Assembly (NCBI GenBank): GCA_002189035.1
Contig: NEEC01000012.1
Span: 496,001-560,000 of the forward strand
Source: Utricularia gibba
Taxonomy: Eukaryota; Plantae; Magnoliophyta
Direction: 5' to 3'
Length of the DNA: 64,000 nt
This document shows, one piece after another, positions 1 through 13,520 of the stretch. Below the pieces are notes generated by a model, which was not told where the DNA came from, searched no databases, and saw nothing but the letters and a program-made list of their open reading frames with translations. Position 1 is the stretch's first letter. Each line of letters opens with the position of its first letter. The position numbers were made by a program, and so were the translations under genes.

Positions 1-170
1 CATGCTAATGATTAGACGCCATTTTTTTTTTATAGAAAACTGACACTCATGAACAGAAAATTCAAGGATGAAAACACGTGAGTAAATAGGAAACCTACCT
101 TTACATGCATAACTAACATGAAAGAGAAGATTTCTTTTCAACAACAATAGATGCGCATCCAAAAACGTAC

Positions 171-2684
171 CTTTAGTATGTCGGTGTTCCTTAAATCATT
201 AGCTCTGTCGCTTAGGAGCCTGAGCCATCGGGTAAATCTCTCCGTATACAGATTAACCAAGAATTGGAATATTTCGTATCTGGAAAGACACAGAAATGGA
301 AAGAACAATGAGAAGAAACACAATTTCAAGTAAATCAACCAAAGGTACAATGGAGGAAGTCAAAACTAGTCTCCTATCCGAAAATAATAAAATAAAGGAA
401 AGAGTAAACTAACCTAGGAGGAAAGCAAGGAGAGACATAATCGTATAAATCTCCAAGTTCTTCACCAATCTGAAATATTTTCAGAAATTATCAATACATA
501 ACACATGGAATGTACAGGTTTAGGCTGAAACAACAAAATCCAGCGACAAAGAAAACTCATGATACAAGTTCTCAAACTTGAAAACCTTTAACTGAATGCA
601 AGATGGAGAGCAAGTCTGTCAACCTCAAGTATGGAATAAATGATAATAAACAAGCAAGTACCTTCTTGGCCTCCTCTAAAGCACCTTCCAGATCATCAAA
701 TACAGCCTGTAAGGAAGCATTTGCACTTGAAAGCCATATTTACTACTTACCTTAAAAACACAGAGGACCTTAAATGAAGAAGAATGAAATATGAACCTCA
801 GAGAGCAACTGACTAAATCTTTGTTCAACAGATTTTCTTATTTGCTCATAACATCTGTCTTTGTAACCTTTTCCTTGAGCCTTCAACTTCTGCCGTGCAT
901 TTCTAGAGGCTGCTGTAGATTTCCTGTTTCCAAATGGAATATAACAAGGGAAAACGAGTGAGAGAATGGCCTTTTAGTTCATGAAAGGAAAATAAGGAGG
1001 TGTAGAACCAGAAAACGTCACATCTACATTCTAAAACAATGAAATGAAAAATATGAATGAATCAGGGAAATAAAAAAAAAGGTGGAGCAACAGTTAACAT
1101 GGTACTTTGAAATTTTACGAGAATTTTCCATATCTCCCCTCCTTCAGCCTCAACAGCTTCTTCAGCAAGTTGATCCAGAATTTCTTGCATTTCAATAACT
1201 CTTTGATTGCAAGAATAGAGGCAATGAAAAGATAAATAAGCATATAAGTAAGCAGTTAGTAAGTATACTTCAAAAAGGGGTACCTCAATGCACGAACCAG
1301 TGTTTGTGGACTGCAAAAAAAAAAGAAACGGTTAATCAAATCCAAAAGATCGACGTACAAACTAACAGGATGGACACTATTTCAAATTCATCATGAAGTA
1401 CAACCACAGACAGCAAAAGCTTTTACAGGCACTAGAATAAGGTCACCTTTCTTTAGCATGTTTATAGAAGTTTGATATATGGCCCCATAAAGTTTTCTCA
1501 AATGTTTCCCACGTGCGATCCACATCTTCAAAATATTCCCTGTGTAAATGAGATTTTACGTTGTCAAAAAAAAAAAATTCATACATATGCAAAAAAGTTC
1601 GCATTCTCACCTGAGACGACCAACCTCTTCTTCATGAGAAGATGCAGCAGCCAGTGCAAATCTTCGTTTCCCATCCAGCGCAGTTAGCCTCTAACATTGA
1701 TTCGATGAGGAAAAAAATCAATTCTTCCTTTTTTTAACGAGCCATCACAATCCTAGAGAACAGAACTAAACCTCATATGTGTTGATGAGTTCCTTGTCAT
1801 CGCTCAAGGAATTACGGGCTGCAGCAGCCTCAACGGAGATAGACAACATGCCCTCTACATCCTACAGTCTCATAAGAAAAGAAATGACAAGCGAGCAAAA
1901 AAACATTGTGCATCGTTGCATAGATACAACTTTACAGAAATGAAACTTGATCCCGAGAAAAGAAAATGAGCACCATTGATCTCACCTTCAGAGTAGTGTT
2001 CAAGTTATTCCTTACATTACTGAGAAGCTTTATTTGATCATGATTTTCAATCAATTTCTGGCATTCCTGACAGAGCCTATAGTGAAAGAAAAGCTATTTC
2101 AAGTTCTACCATTAAAAAGCAGAAACAATTTACTCTATGAAAGTGTATGGATGTAAGTGACCATCGTACTTTTCAATATCTACAAAATTCTGACTGAGCT
2201 GTTGAATGGTTTTGTCGGACATGGAGAGTGATTCCAGACCTGCTTGTGCTTGCTCTACCTAAAGTAACCAGATAGATAGAAAAATATAAAAAAAAACGAT
2301 GATGATAAAGAGGTCCCTGCCTAAACCTAAAAAACAAACGGTTGAAAAGAAACAATCTTTCAATACCTGTTCAGCGACCATTGTACTTAGCTGGGCATCA
2401 TTAGCCTGAAACATCACCACGCAATCGAAGTTTTAAATCAGAATTAAGCTCTGAAAAAGCTGATCAGGGAAGAAAGTGAGTTGCTTTTCCAGCTAAAAAG
2501 ACCCAGAAATGAAATGAAACGCATATTGAAAACAGGAGCTCAGAGTCACTGAAACCTGCTGACGCGAAATGTAGTCGGCTTTGATCGAAGAGATGGACTG
2601 CAATAGCTCCGGCAAAGGAAGTAGCTTGGCCACCTCTCTTACCGCCGCTTCCTTCGCTTCCACGCCAAGATCTTCGACCATCAT
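171..2684 (-). CDS. SEC6: Exocyst complex component SEC6 (EXOC3), 5' part; 13 exons visible, gene continues beyond position 1
   Basis: Exon 1 (2684-2556) reads [43 protein letters not shown]. Following GT-AG exons give [119 protein letters not shown] and [16 protein letters not shown], matching recalled plant SEC6. One apparent -1 frameshift at 1136-1139. Confidence 0.96.
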
Positions 2685-5265
2685 CTTTTCCTGTACACTG
2701 CCCGATCTCTCCGATCAATCAAGAAACAACGGAAGGAAGACAATTGAATTCACGCGTTATTGAGAGGCCGGGCCGGATCCTGCCCGAACACATAGACACG
2801 ACCCGGGTAAAAAAACATAATTTAAGAAATCCACAGTCACAAAAATCATTAGAAAATACAAGTTAATATTTTCTAAAAAATATATATTTATTTAGATTTA
2901 ACTTGGTATTTATATTTCTTTTTTATTTTTTATTAAAATTATACAAAAAAATTGAACATACTACAAAAATAAAGTGTAGTTATTTTACAATTTCAAAGAA
3001 AATAAATAGTATTTTCGAAAATCAAGCAATTTCAACCAAAAAATATAATTTTAGATCATATAATTAATTTTAAAAATATTAAATGCAATTTTTTCATATG
3101 AATAAATAAAATAATAAAGAAATGCTTGTTTAATATATCTAAAATTCGATTTTATGTTTTAGAATTAGAAATATTTTTTTCTTATTCGAATTTGTCAGTT
3201 TAACATTTATATTCTTTTTTTAATATTTATCAAATCATCATTATTTTTTAATATTCAATTTGTTCTTTAATTTTTATGTCAAAGGTTTTAATATTTCATA
3301 TTTTACAATGTCACTTTATCTTTAAATTCTAAGACTTATTTCTTAAAAAAATCCAAATTTAAACTTTTAATTTGTATTGATTTAATTTAGTGAATTCTCA
3401 TAATTTTAAAGAATACTATTATATTAAATACAAAGAATATTAAAATAATAAAATAAACGATTTTAAGATTCTTTTAATAAACAAAGAATTTTATTTTCCT
3501 TATGTATTTACATAGCAGTTTACTTTGAATTTTACAGATAATAAGTAATTTTTAATATAAGAATATTACAATATTTATATAAAAAATAAATGTAAATTTA
3601 AGAAAATATTGTCTAATAACAACATTATGATGAAAGCCCAATAACCAATATCATATACTATGGTGGTGAGGATATGATCAAGAAAGTAATGTATTCAATG
3701 GATGAATATCATAATTTGACATTTTTTTCAAGGTATGTTTGAAAAGTTGTATCAATAAATATTTGGAATCTATCTAATGGATTATTTGATATAATGGTTT
3801 ACATCTTTGTTCTTCACATAATCATCCATTATGTTATCTATTCATTGTTATTATAAACTATTTTGAATGATTATAATATAGTTGAACATATTTTTTCCTC
3901 AAAAAATTGTAAATATAATTAAATGTTACTTGAATCTAATGTTCTCATAATGGAGTAATTGAAATTAAATTTCATATATGTTTATCACACAATCACAACT
4001 TATAGAGAATCCAAAATTAAATCTAATCTCATCGACTACTATTTATTTTCACTATTTTAATAATAAGAAACACTTGATAACATTTTCCAACTTGTTTAAA
4101 AACAATAATAAATTATACAATCATTAAGAGTCTATAACATCTTAAAAAAAAAAATCAAATTACCAAAATATTTTGATAAAATAATTTTGATAAACAATCA
4201 TTTTGAAAAGGCACTTACGAGGTCATATTTTGCCACTTTCTATATCTTAGACATATAATTCTCTTTATTTTAATAAAATAGTTGAATAATCAAAATATTA
4301 GAATTTTATACTTTACTTCCGTATTGTAATCATTTTAATTTATAACTAAAGAATCACTCTTTACTTAAATGTTAAGTAATAGTTATCAGATCCTTAAGCT
4401 TACTCAAAAGGAAAATTAAGTTAATATCACATGTTATTTTTCGTTACTAAATCACAAATGGATGATCCTCAACCATTTTTAACAAAAATTTTTTATGAAA
4501 GAAATAATATTGATTATCCAAATGACTATTATGTTTATTACAAGTTGTTGGTATGCATATTCTCTCTCGACCCTTATATTTCTTTATCTTCATTGGAACA
4601 AACCATTTTTTTAGTGTATGGTATTAATGATTTGCATTATGATGTTAATTTTTCTATTCAATTTTATAATTTTTCTTCATATTGTACACATATGATGAAA
4701 ATCTCTAATAAACATGAATTATTGTGTATTTTCAATTCAACTCATGCTATCATTGACCATAATATTTTTTTGAAGATGGTGTCAAAGATGCCATGTCAAG
4801 ATATTGAATTTGATCTTAATATTTCAACAAATAAAGGTCAAAAAATTTATGGTAATTAAAAATAATTAATCATTCAATTACTTGTAATTAATTTTTATGT
4901 TAATTGAGGAAATGAAAACGGAGGCTAATCATAATCTTTTATTTGATAATTTGATTGACTATAATAATAATTATGATGAACAGTGACAAAAACCGAATAA
5001 GAAAATAATGAAAATGAGCTACAAGAAGAAAGTATAATGAATGATATTGATAAGATGAATCAAAATAGTTATAATCAATAGACTCTACAAACCTTGATTG
5101 AAAATTTAATAAAATGGAATTCAGAAAATCTAGATAATATATCTCAACTCATTCACTCTTTATTATCTATATTTACTAGATATCAATGTTTTGAATAAAG
5201 AGACATATCTCAACAGGAAGTAATTGATTATTCAGTAAAAATTAGATTCCATTGCAGTAAAAGAT

Positions 5266-6431
5266 TGATAATACATATTTTTGAGTGCCTCAATGCATGG
5301 AATTTACTCATTTTATGCTACAAAAATTAAGCTTAATTGCCTATTTCTATATTTTTGCACATAAGTACCGTAGGAGTGCACTTTTAGTCTTAGTTGGGAC
5401 TAAATCTGCGATTTAGTCCAACAGTTCCTTTCGAGCAATGCAGCATGGGTCGCAACACAAATCCCATGGAGTCGAGTATGAATAGTGTGGTGGCAGGAAA
5501 GGTGACAAAAGTCTGAAGAAGAGTACACACAAAGTCCAAGGAGGTGAAAAAGGAAGATTTTGGACAAAAATGGAGGAAAGGTGGAGAGAGAAGTAGATCT
5601 CCCTTTGGAGACTCAAGACAAGTTTCTGGAGATTTTTCTGGAGGAAGAAGAAGGAGGGGACGACGAACCAGAAGAACACAGCTTCTCTTAAGAAATTATT
5701 TTCGTTCTTCATGTTTACTATTCCTAGGTAAGACTAGATTTGGATTTCCTGTGTGAACGAAGTGTTTGTCCTACTTTTGCTTCATATTGCTCGTTGTTGT
5801 TTAGCATTTGTAGCCAAGATGTTGCTTAGTATCTGCTATGAAGGTGTTTTACTTTTCATTACCATGAGTAGCTAAGCACTTCGAGGGGGATGCCTTGGGG
5901 TGAGAAGGGGATAAATATGCTAATCCATCTTTATACCTCATAAATCATAAGTCATACTACTTCTTTAGCAAACCAGGATAGATCCAAGAGGGGGAGGTAG
6001 TGAAACCCAACTAACAACCCTAATTAGAGGTAGATCAAAGATTAGGGGGAAAAACAAGAATTCGGGTAGACCTAGATCTTGTGAGTTAGTTGAATGATTT
6101 TTTATTTATGTGAGCTTGTTTAGTGATATGGATACATCCCCTAGGAGTCCCAAGGTATCACCCATTCAATTCCAGAAACTACCGAATCCAAACTTGTTAC
6201 TTTTCTTTACTGTATTTCGTTGTAGTCCTGACTTAGTCCTAGTTAAGACCAATTTTACCAACGTGACACTGATTTCATGCTTTGGCTAATCACTTGACAA
6301 GCACCTGCTCTTCGTGTTCGACCCTAATCACTATGCTCATAATTGTTTTATGCTTAAATGTGGGTTAGGTGATAAATTTATTTGATAGGAAAATTTGCAT
6401 TTAACGACATTGCTTAATTTTTCGTTTATCA
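5266..6431 (+). mobile_element. Solo LTR (gypsy-type, family A), 1166 bp, TSD AAGAT
   Basis: Termini TGATA...TATCA. AAGAT at 5261-5265 and 6432-6436. Removal rejoins the MULE frame. Homologous fragments occur at 29221-29312 and 41253-41441. Confidence 0.9.
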
Positions 6432-6920
6432 AAGATTTGATCAAAATTGTAAATGGAGAATTTATTATTCATATTACAAGAAATATGTAGTATAGAAGAT
6501 ATCAGAAATTGAAGAACCACATACCTTTAAGTCTTTTAGTCCTAAATATTTTTCTTATAAAAATATTACATATAAATATATTTAAGATCAAGGTCGAGAG
6601 ACAGATATTACTACCAATGTTAAAACTATTCATATACTATTGAATAAAATAACAAAGTTCAATGTATCTTTATTGAGTTTAATAGGAAACATACAAGTAT
6701 GTGAATTAGTATGTGAATTAGTATATGAAATATAAAAAAACTTTGTTTCACTTTTTTCACAATTTTTGTTTGAAGTTCAATTTACAAATCTTGGTATAAT
6801 AGTAGAATACTTGTATAAAGAACATGATGTCTATAAGATACATTGAAATATGTTTTTTTGGTTTTTGAACTATGCATTTAAGCTTATCAATAGTATCGCC
6901 ATGTAATAATCGTTGATGAC

Positions 6921-8148
6921 TGATAACTGATTTTGTATTGTTCCAATACATATTCTTTTATTACTCTTGAGTATTGTTTTTACTTACCTTAGACTTCACT
7001 ATCTCATTATTTTCAATTGGTTATGCATCTTTTACACTATTTTGATCTTTTTGGAGAGAAAATATATTTTGTGGACTTTTAGGACATTTTTGAATCAATT
7101 TGAGAAGAAATCAAGACCCACCAAATTATGAATTTGATGGGCCACTAATCTCAGCTCAAAACTCAGTCAAATAATAAAGATTTGATTCAAAATTGATAGA
7201 TAAGATAAAAATTTAAAGATGATTTTAAAAGATTTGGATAGAAGATCATACACAAACCCATCAAGCAAGTCCAATACAAAGACTTAGATCTGTTGTTCTA
7301 TAAATACATCACTCTCTCAATCATTAGAGATGTCTTGGGACTACTTTTCTTTTGTACTTTTCTTATTTTCGTGTTTATTTTCATGTTAGAGTCAAGCGTG
7401 CGTGTGTAGGCGCTTGCGGTGAGGATCCACGATGAAACATTGCTTATGCAAATCCTATGCATGTGACTGATTTACCATATTCTTCTCAGCAAGGATGTTG
7501 AATGTCTAAGAGGGGGTGAATATAAGGTCAGGGGCCAGGGGCCTTGTAACGGTTGTGTGTCCCACATTTGTTTGCGGACAAAGGTAGGTCGTGAGGTTTG
7601 GTTTTGTCTTTTGTAATGTTTTCTTTATTAACGTGTTCTTTAGTATCATATAATCCCAAGGTAATAGGAAAATCTAAGGTTGGTCTCAAGCACCTAAGGA
7701 GAATGACTCAATCGTACGTTGTTAATAAAGCATATTCTGTCTAATCTATCTATGAGGTGTGAGATGTAGGGGTTAAATTTGAATGTAGAGAAAACATGAG
7801 TTATCACAGGAGATGAAATGACTTTGTTACAATAGTTGATTCTATAATCTTACTAAAAGAGTGATGATGCTATAATGGTCATCGAATAACATTATTTTAA
7901 AATAACACTCTTAGAACTTGCACAAGCAAGTCATTCCCCAAGGTTTACACACACAAGTATGAGTGAGTTTTAAGCAAAATGGATTTTTGAACTAAATCCA
8001 TTTTTTGTTATTTTTAAAACCTCATTGTCTTTTGTTGTCAATCATTTTGAATCTTTGTTTGAAAAAAAAATTATAATAATAATTCCTTATGGATAAGATT
8101 TTATTTTATTATTTCGACAGTTTCTGTACACTTGCAGAATTATTATCA
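6921..8148 (+). mobile_element. Solo LTR, 1228 bp, TSD ATGAC/ATGGC
   Basis: Termini TGATAA...TTATCA. Flanks ATGAC (6916-6920) and ATGGC (8149-8153). TATA-like CTATAAATA near 7298. Removal restores IIVDGT. Confidence 0.85.
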
Positions 8149-11100
8149 ATGGCACATATATTTATGCACAGTATAAACTACAAGCTATTTATTACAATAA
8201 CAATAGACTCTTTTAGTCACCTTTTATCCTTTGCTTTTACAATAATTGTGAATGAAAATAATCAATCATAACTTTGGTTTATTCAATTATTGGACCGATA
8301 TATAGTGGAATAAAAAGGAGTTTGTCCTATATTTGATAAATAATAATCAATAGAAAAGATAAATTTACAAATATTAGGTTCACATAGATATTATGTATGC
8401 CATTTTTGTTCCAATTTAATAAGTAAATTTAGGCACAAGGGCTGAAAGATCTTTTTATGAAAATATTTTATACAACTTCGGAAACTAAATGAAATAAATA
8501 CATAAAATATATTTTGGATAAGAATGTAGAAACATTTTGATATAAAAAAGTTGTTACCTGAGTCATGGACACTATTTTATGATAGAAATGTAAGATATGT
8601 TAATTTATGTTTTTCTTGATTAAATCTAATCAAACTTGTGAAAATATTCTTAATTTTCAAGGTCTAAAAGGTTAAGTATAAATCATGTTGAATGCATGAA
8701 ACAGTGTGTTAAGGAAACAAAACATTTTATATTGTATCATATAGTGCAAGTATTTCAACAAATGTATTATGTTTTTTTAATTAATATTATTAACTCATTT
8801 CCAACTTCAAAATTAATTTACAAATATCATTGAATAGTCTATGTTTGCACAATGTTTACATTACTTTTCAAAACATCAAGAAAATATCTTAAAGCAATGT
8901 GGATGACACATCACATTTTCAAATCAACTTAAATAACTGTATATTCACTGGGATAAATTTATTTCACATGTATGAATTGAGGTCATTGATCATGGTCAAT
9001 TAAAATTACATACTATAACAAAAAGGAAAAATAAAAAAGATAAGAAGCATATTGTCATGGTTAGACATGATACTTGTGGATATAAAAAATGACAAAATTT
9101 TGGAATCACTTGTTCACATGTACAAAATGTTAGCTTTTAAACATAACTTCATTTACCTAATTTAATTTATCGATAACATTTGTTTATTTTTGTCTAGACA
9201 TGTCGATGTCGAGACATTGATTCAAGAGATATCATCAATCTCATGTTATGTTTAGACCACCAAAATCTCAACATATCAATCTCAATTTTAACCCTTGCAA
9301 TTAGAAGAAATTTGAGTCCAACCATCGTTTCATTTAGTTCATGATTCTAATCTTAAAAAGATATTATACTCAGATTATCAAAAAACAGCAAGATACATAA
9401 TGCCAATGGATTACTAATCAAGAGGAAAATAAAAAAAAAAGCAAGGGGCAATGTGATTCTTCATTTCATGAGCCATATCAAATAATATAAGTTCATTGTG
9501 AAGAATATTTTCTCAACCAATTTGATTCTTCAATCCAATAGGAATTTAATTACACAAATCCATAAAAAATATATCATTTTTCATTTAGAGTGCAATCTCA
9601 ATCAAGACAAGAGAATTGTAAAAAAAAAATTTATGAGTCTGCATAATGTATCACTTAGTCATTTGTTTAACTAGACAAATTCATTGAAGAACCATCGGTT
9701 GTCATATCATTTTCTAACTAATCAAGTCAAGAGAGCTATGAGATGAATCTAAGGACATTTATGCAAAATACATCAACATATATGGAGATGAAATAATCTC
9801 AATATTACCATAACTCTCATACCACCTCTATTAGTTAATAAATTAAGATTTGAGAAGATGAATGATTTTTTACTAGAAAGAAAAAAATAATTTTAATCAT
9901 TGAAAATATATATTTCAATTTTTACGTTGAAGATTAGTAGAGTTAAATGTAATAATGTTTCATTAAATATTGGAGCCTAAGTGATGATTTCATTTCAAGT
10001 AAGCAACTTTTGAATTAGATTTTTTTTTGCACTTTAAAAAATAAAATTCAATTTTAACCTTAATTTGCTATACTTAATTGAATTTAATTTTCTTAACTCT
10101 ATTTATCTTTGAGTTCTTCTTGAACATGTCATCCTTCTTTTTGTGTTTAATTCTGTGATGATAATTCTAATAAGCATGAAATTATTTTTGCTTTCTCTAC
10201 TTCCCATAGTTTCAAAATGGGTTAGTTTCCAATATATGAACATAAATTGAACTATATTTTGAAATTAAATTTGAATGTTAATTAGAATTCAAAATATAAT
10301 TGTTTGAAATATTATAAATTAAAAGATGGTACCAAAATAAGATCTCTAAGATTAATTCTATCAAACAAGATTTTCTTTAATTAAATTCATAAATATGCTT
10401 ATATATTTAATAAATATAATGAATGAATATTATTCCTTATATTCTACCAAATAATGAATGAATATTTTTATTTTTAATAAAAAATAAATTTACTTATAAA
10501 TATATTTGTTATGGTTGAAAATTGATTCTATTAGAAGAAATCACCTGGAGGTGAAAAAACTAAGAAACTATCAAAACTCATCGTAAAAATGAGATTTACT
10601 AACTAAATAGATAGAGAAGGATATATGAAAAATATAGAGAGTTTAATACTTTCTTTTTCAAAGTTTCTTATATTTATAAGAAGAATCAATGCGACTGAAT
10701 TTTGTAGGTATTGGTTACTTTTTGTGCCTGATAGCCATACGCGTGGTCTTAATGGCAGATAATCATCAACTTTCAGCACTTTTGAAATTCTACTACTTTT
10801 CAAATTTTCAAAATGATCGCCATAGCCCAATTCTGACATTTATCAATTTATCCACCTGTCACAAGTTGTAAGGATACATTTGCAACCTCTTTCCAACCGG
10901 TTTCGTCCGTGAAGGATTGGTTTTGTTACTCTCCGATTCACCAATTTGTAAGTATCCCTTTGCCTTCCTTCACCTGGTAATTGTCAATTTCAGACTCTAT
11001 CAATATTGAAGATTGAATAAATTTTAAAAATATAATTATTTATATTGTAAAAATTAAAAGTGTTATATTTTATTATTTATATATGTAAGTAAAAAATAAT

Positions 11101-12135
11101 TAAAAAATAAAAATTGATGAATAAGTATTTATTAAATTAAAAATAAATATACAGTTATTAATATTTAATAAAATTAAAAGAAATGATTAGTTTTGAAATA
11201 AAAAAATAAGGTTGTTACTTTTTAATTAGTTAGAGGGAATTGGTTACTTTTCAAAATAATCCCGAAGAAGGTGCGATAGGTTGGCTCCTGGCCCCTGGGC
11301 ACAAAGGTGACGTATGGGCCCCACAACACGGCACGTGACATCGATGGGTGGGGGATGCGCTGGGGTGTGCAACATCAACGGGCAAGCGGTGCACGCGGGG
11401 TGCATCGAGTTGCCTCCTTGGCACGACAACGAGTGCGTAGAGCACCCGACAACCGTAGGATACGCGATGGTGATGGGCGGGCGACGCGGCCAGGCTGATC
11501 GGTGTAAAAAAATAGATATTTATAATGGAGATTAATTTTGTAAAAAACCACAACATTCGGGATTTATAACGCTGAATTTATTTGAAAACCTAATGTGCCA
11601 AGTATTAAAATAGTGAAGAATAATCATGCTAAAATTATAAATATTAAAGATTAATTGTGTCTATGATTTAAACATTCGGGATCAAAATTGATTACAATAT
11701 ATAAAATTGAAGACTCATTTTGTAAGATATATTAAATTGTGGAGCCTAATTATATCTATTAAGTAAAATATTAGTGACTGAATTTATCAAAATGATACAT
11801 CTTGAAGATTTTTGTCACAATTTTCTCATTTATCTAAATTATTCTGACTCAAATTGGTCTATTATTTTATTTTTAACTTATAAAATCGATATTTAACATA
11901 TTTGAATTATATTTTTTAAAGAATTTTCTTAATTTGTAAATATATATTATAAAATATAAATAAGTGTTTAAAATAATTTATAAAATATTTGTCTAAATTA
12001 TGTTTTATAGACTTGTGTATATCTAAATCATCCCGACCCAAATTGGTGTAGGTGGAACTTGGAAGTATCCCATTCCATGCAGTGGACAAGACTCAGTACC
12101 GCAACGACATCGAGTTCTAATGGGGAGGATAAATT

Positions 12136-12146
12136 TGGGCTGGGCC
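12136..12146 (+). promoter_or_regulatory. Tandem site II motifs (TGGGCY) upstream of MRNIP
   Basis: TGGGCTGGGCC about 110 bp upstream of the ATG. Confidence 0.4.
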
Positions 12147-12254
12147 GGGATGGCTTTCTTACTCGACGCTGGGCGATCCACTACAGCTCAGGATGATATT
12201 CCAAAAAGTTGGCCATCGGAATTTTCCCGCCGAATTGGAGTACCCCACGAGCGA

Positions 12255-13300
12255 ATGGCGACGATGTTCATTGCCTTGCAATGCTTCCAGTGCTCGACAA
12301 TGCAGGTCAATGATGAGTTTATCTCCTTTTCTTGCTCTCTTCGTTATCCGCTTGTCGTGTGTATGTGCGTTCGCGCGACAGCTGTAGCATTCGATGATTG
12401 TACGTACAGGTGAAGCAGAAGAAGAAGAGCAACAATAGGTGGACGTGCGCGGTGTGCAATGAGAAGCAATCGGTCCGGAAAGTGTTTTTTCATGCTTCGA
12501 TGGCGAAGGATGTGCGAAGTTTCGTTCAGAATTTCAACATGGCTCGCATGCTGTCGGATCAGCAGGGTTTGAACGGAGAGGAGCGTTTCCATTTTGAGGA
12601 AGTTGGTGAGCCAAAGGATTCAAAGAAAAGAACCGACTGGTCAGAGTATGCTGATGATGAAGAAGCAGAAAGCCGTTCAAATTTCGATGATAAAGGTGTG
12701 CATTCTGAATTCATCCTTGATTCTGTTCGATTTGTGTTTTACTCTTACTTTTTATTGAAAATGAGATGACGGAGTCGAGCCAGTGATCGTATCAGAGATG
12801 CCAAAGGCGATGCTGAAGAAGCCTAAGCTGAGGGACTACTATTCCAGCCCCCAAAGGGTTTCCAAGATACATTTTCCTAACAGGGGTCACCGGGGAAGCC
12901 CTGGAAGTGATCATTGCCAAGGTAAACAACTGAACCAATATATAGGTAGAAGATACGGATAAATTCATATAAAAGGGGTATTTGTTGCGTTTATTTTTAT
13001 TTTGCAGATAAACTGTCACCTGATGATGAGGATCTTGGTGGGAGAGGCAAATCAATTACTAAGAATCCAGAAGGAGAGGTTCTCATGGGATCAGTAAGCT
13101 CAAGCGATGCATGTACTGGAAAACGTGTTTCCAAGTGGAGCAGTTTCATTTGTAAAGAAGAAGAAGATGAAGATGAGAACTTGGAGTTAAGAGCAAAAGA
13201 CAGAAAAAAATGGCATGGCCATGTTCTCAAAGATGTGAATCTTCCATTGGAATCATATGATGAATTGGTAGAGGATGATATCCATCCTGACTTCCTGTAA
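12255..13300 (+). CDS. MRNIP: MRN complex-interacting protein (MRNIP/UPF0544-like), 4 exons
   Basis: Exons 12255-12305, 12410-12695, 12766-12921 and 13008-13300 splice in frame: MATMFIALQCFQCSTMQVKQKKKSNNRWTCAVCNEKQSVRKVF...AKDVRSFVQNFNMAR (CxxC...CxxC zinc-ribbon N-terminus). The exon 3 acceptor is an uncommon GAG. Confidence 0.85.
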
Positions 13301-13520
13301 ATCTTCATTGATTACTGACATATGTAGCTGTTTGTCTTAGTAACATTGAAGGTAACAGCCAAAAAGTATCTTATTAAATAACAGAATCTGAGAGCCACTG
13401 GAAATGGCTGCAGTTCTGCATTAGCTGCCTGAGCGCACAAGGGAATAAAAATCATAGAGGAGGTTCAATGCAACACAAAATGAATGTGGTTATTGAATGA
13501 GGATTCTCTTGCTTTTGAAG

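Larger units (their letters stand above)
4431..9130 (+). mobile_element. Degenerate Mutator-like (MuDR/MULE) transposase fossil, interrupted by two solo LTRs
   Basis: After removing the two LTRs the frames read HCSKRFDQNCKWRIY...HT (MuDR-domain-like), YRHVIIVDGTYIYAQYK (first catalytic D), FAFTIIVNENNQS*LWF, HRYYVCHFCSNF (~8380-8417) and TCGYKK*QNFGITCSHV (SWIM finger, ~9072-9122). Many stops; TIRs not identified. Confidence 0.8.

Noticed and set aside
3600-4100. Possible MULE/FAR1 N-terminal relics (IYYGGE, HNHP)
   Set aside because: Motifs too short and AT-rich to support a call; left outside the MULE feature.
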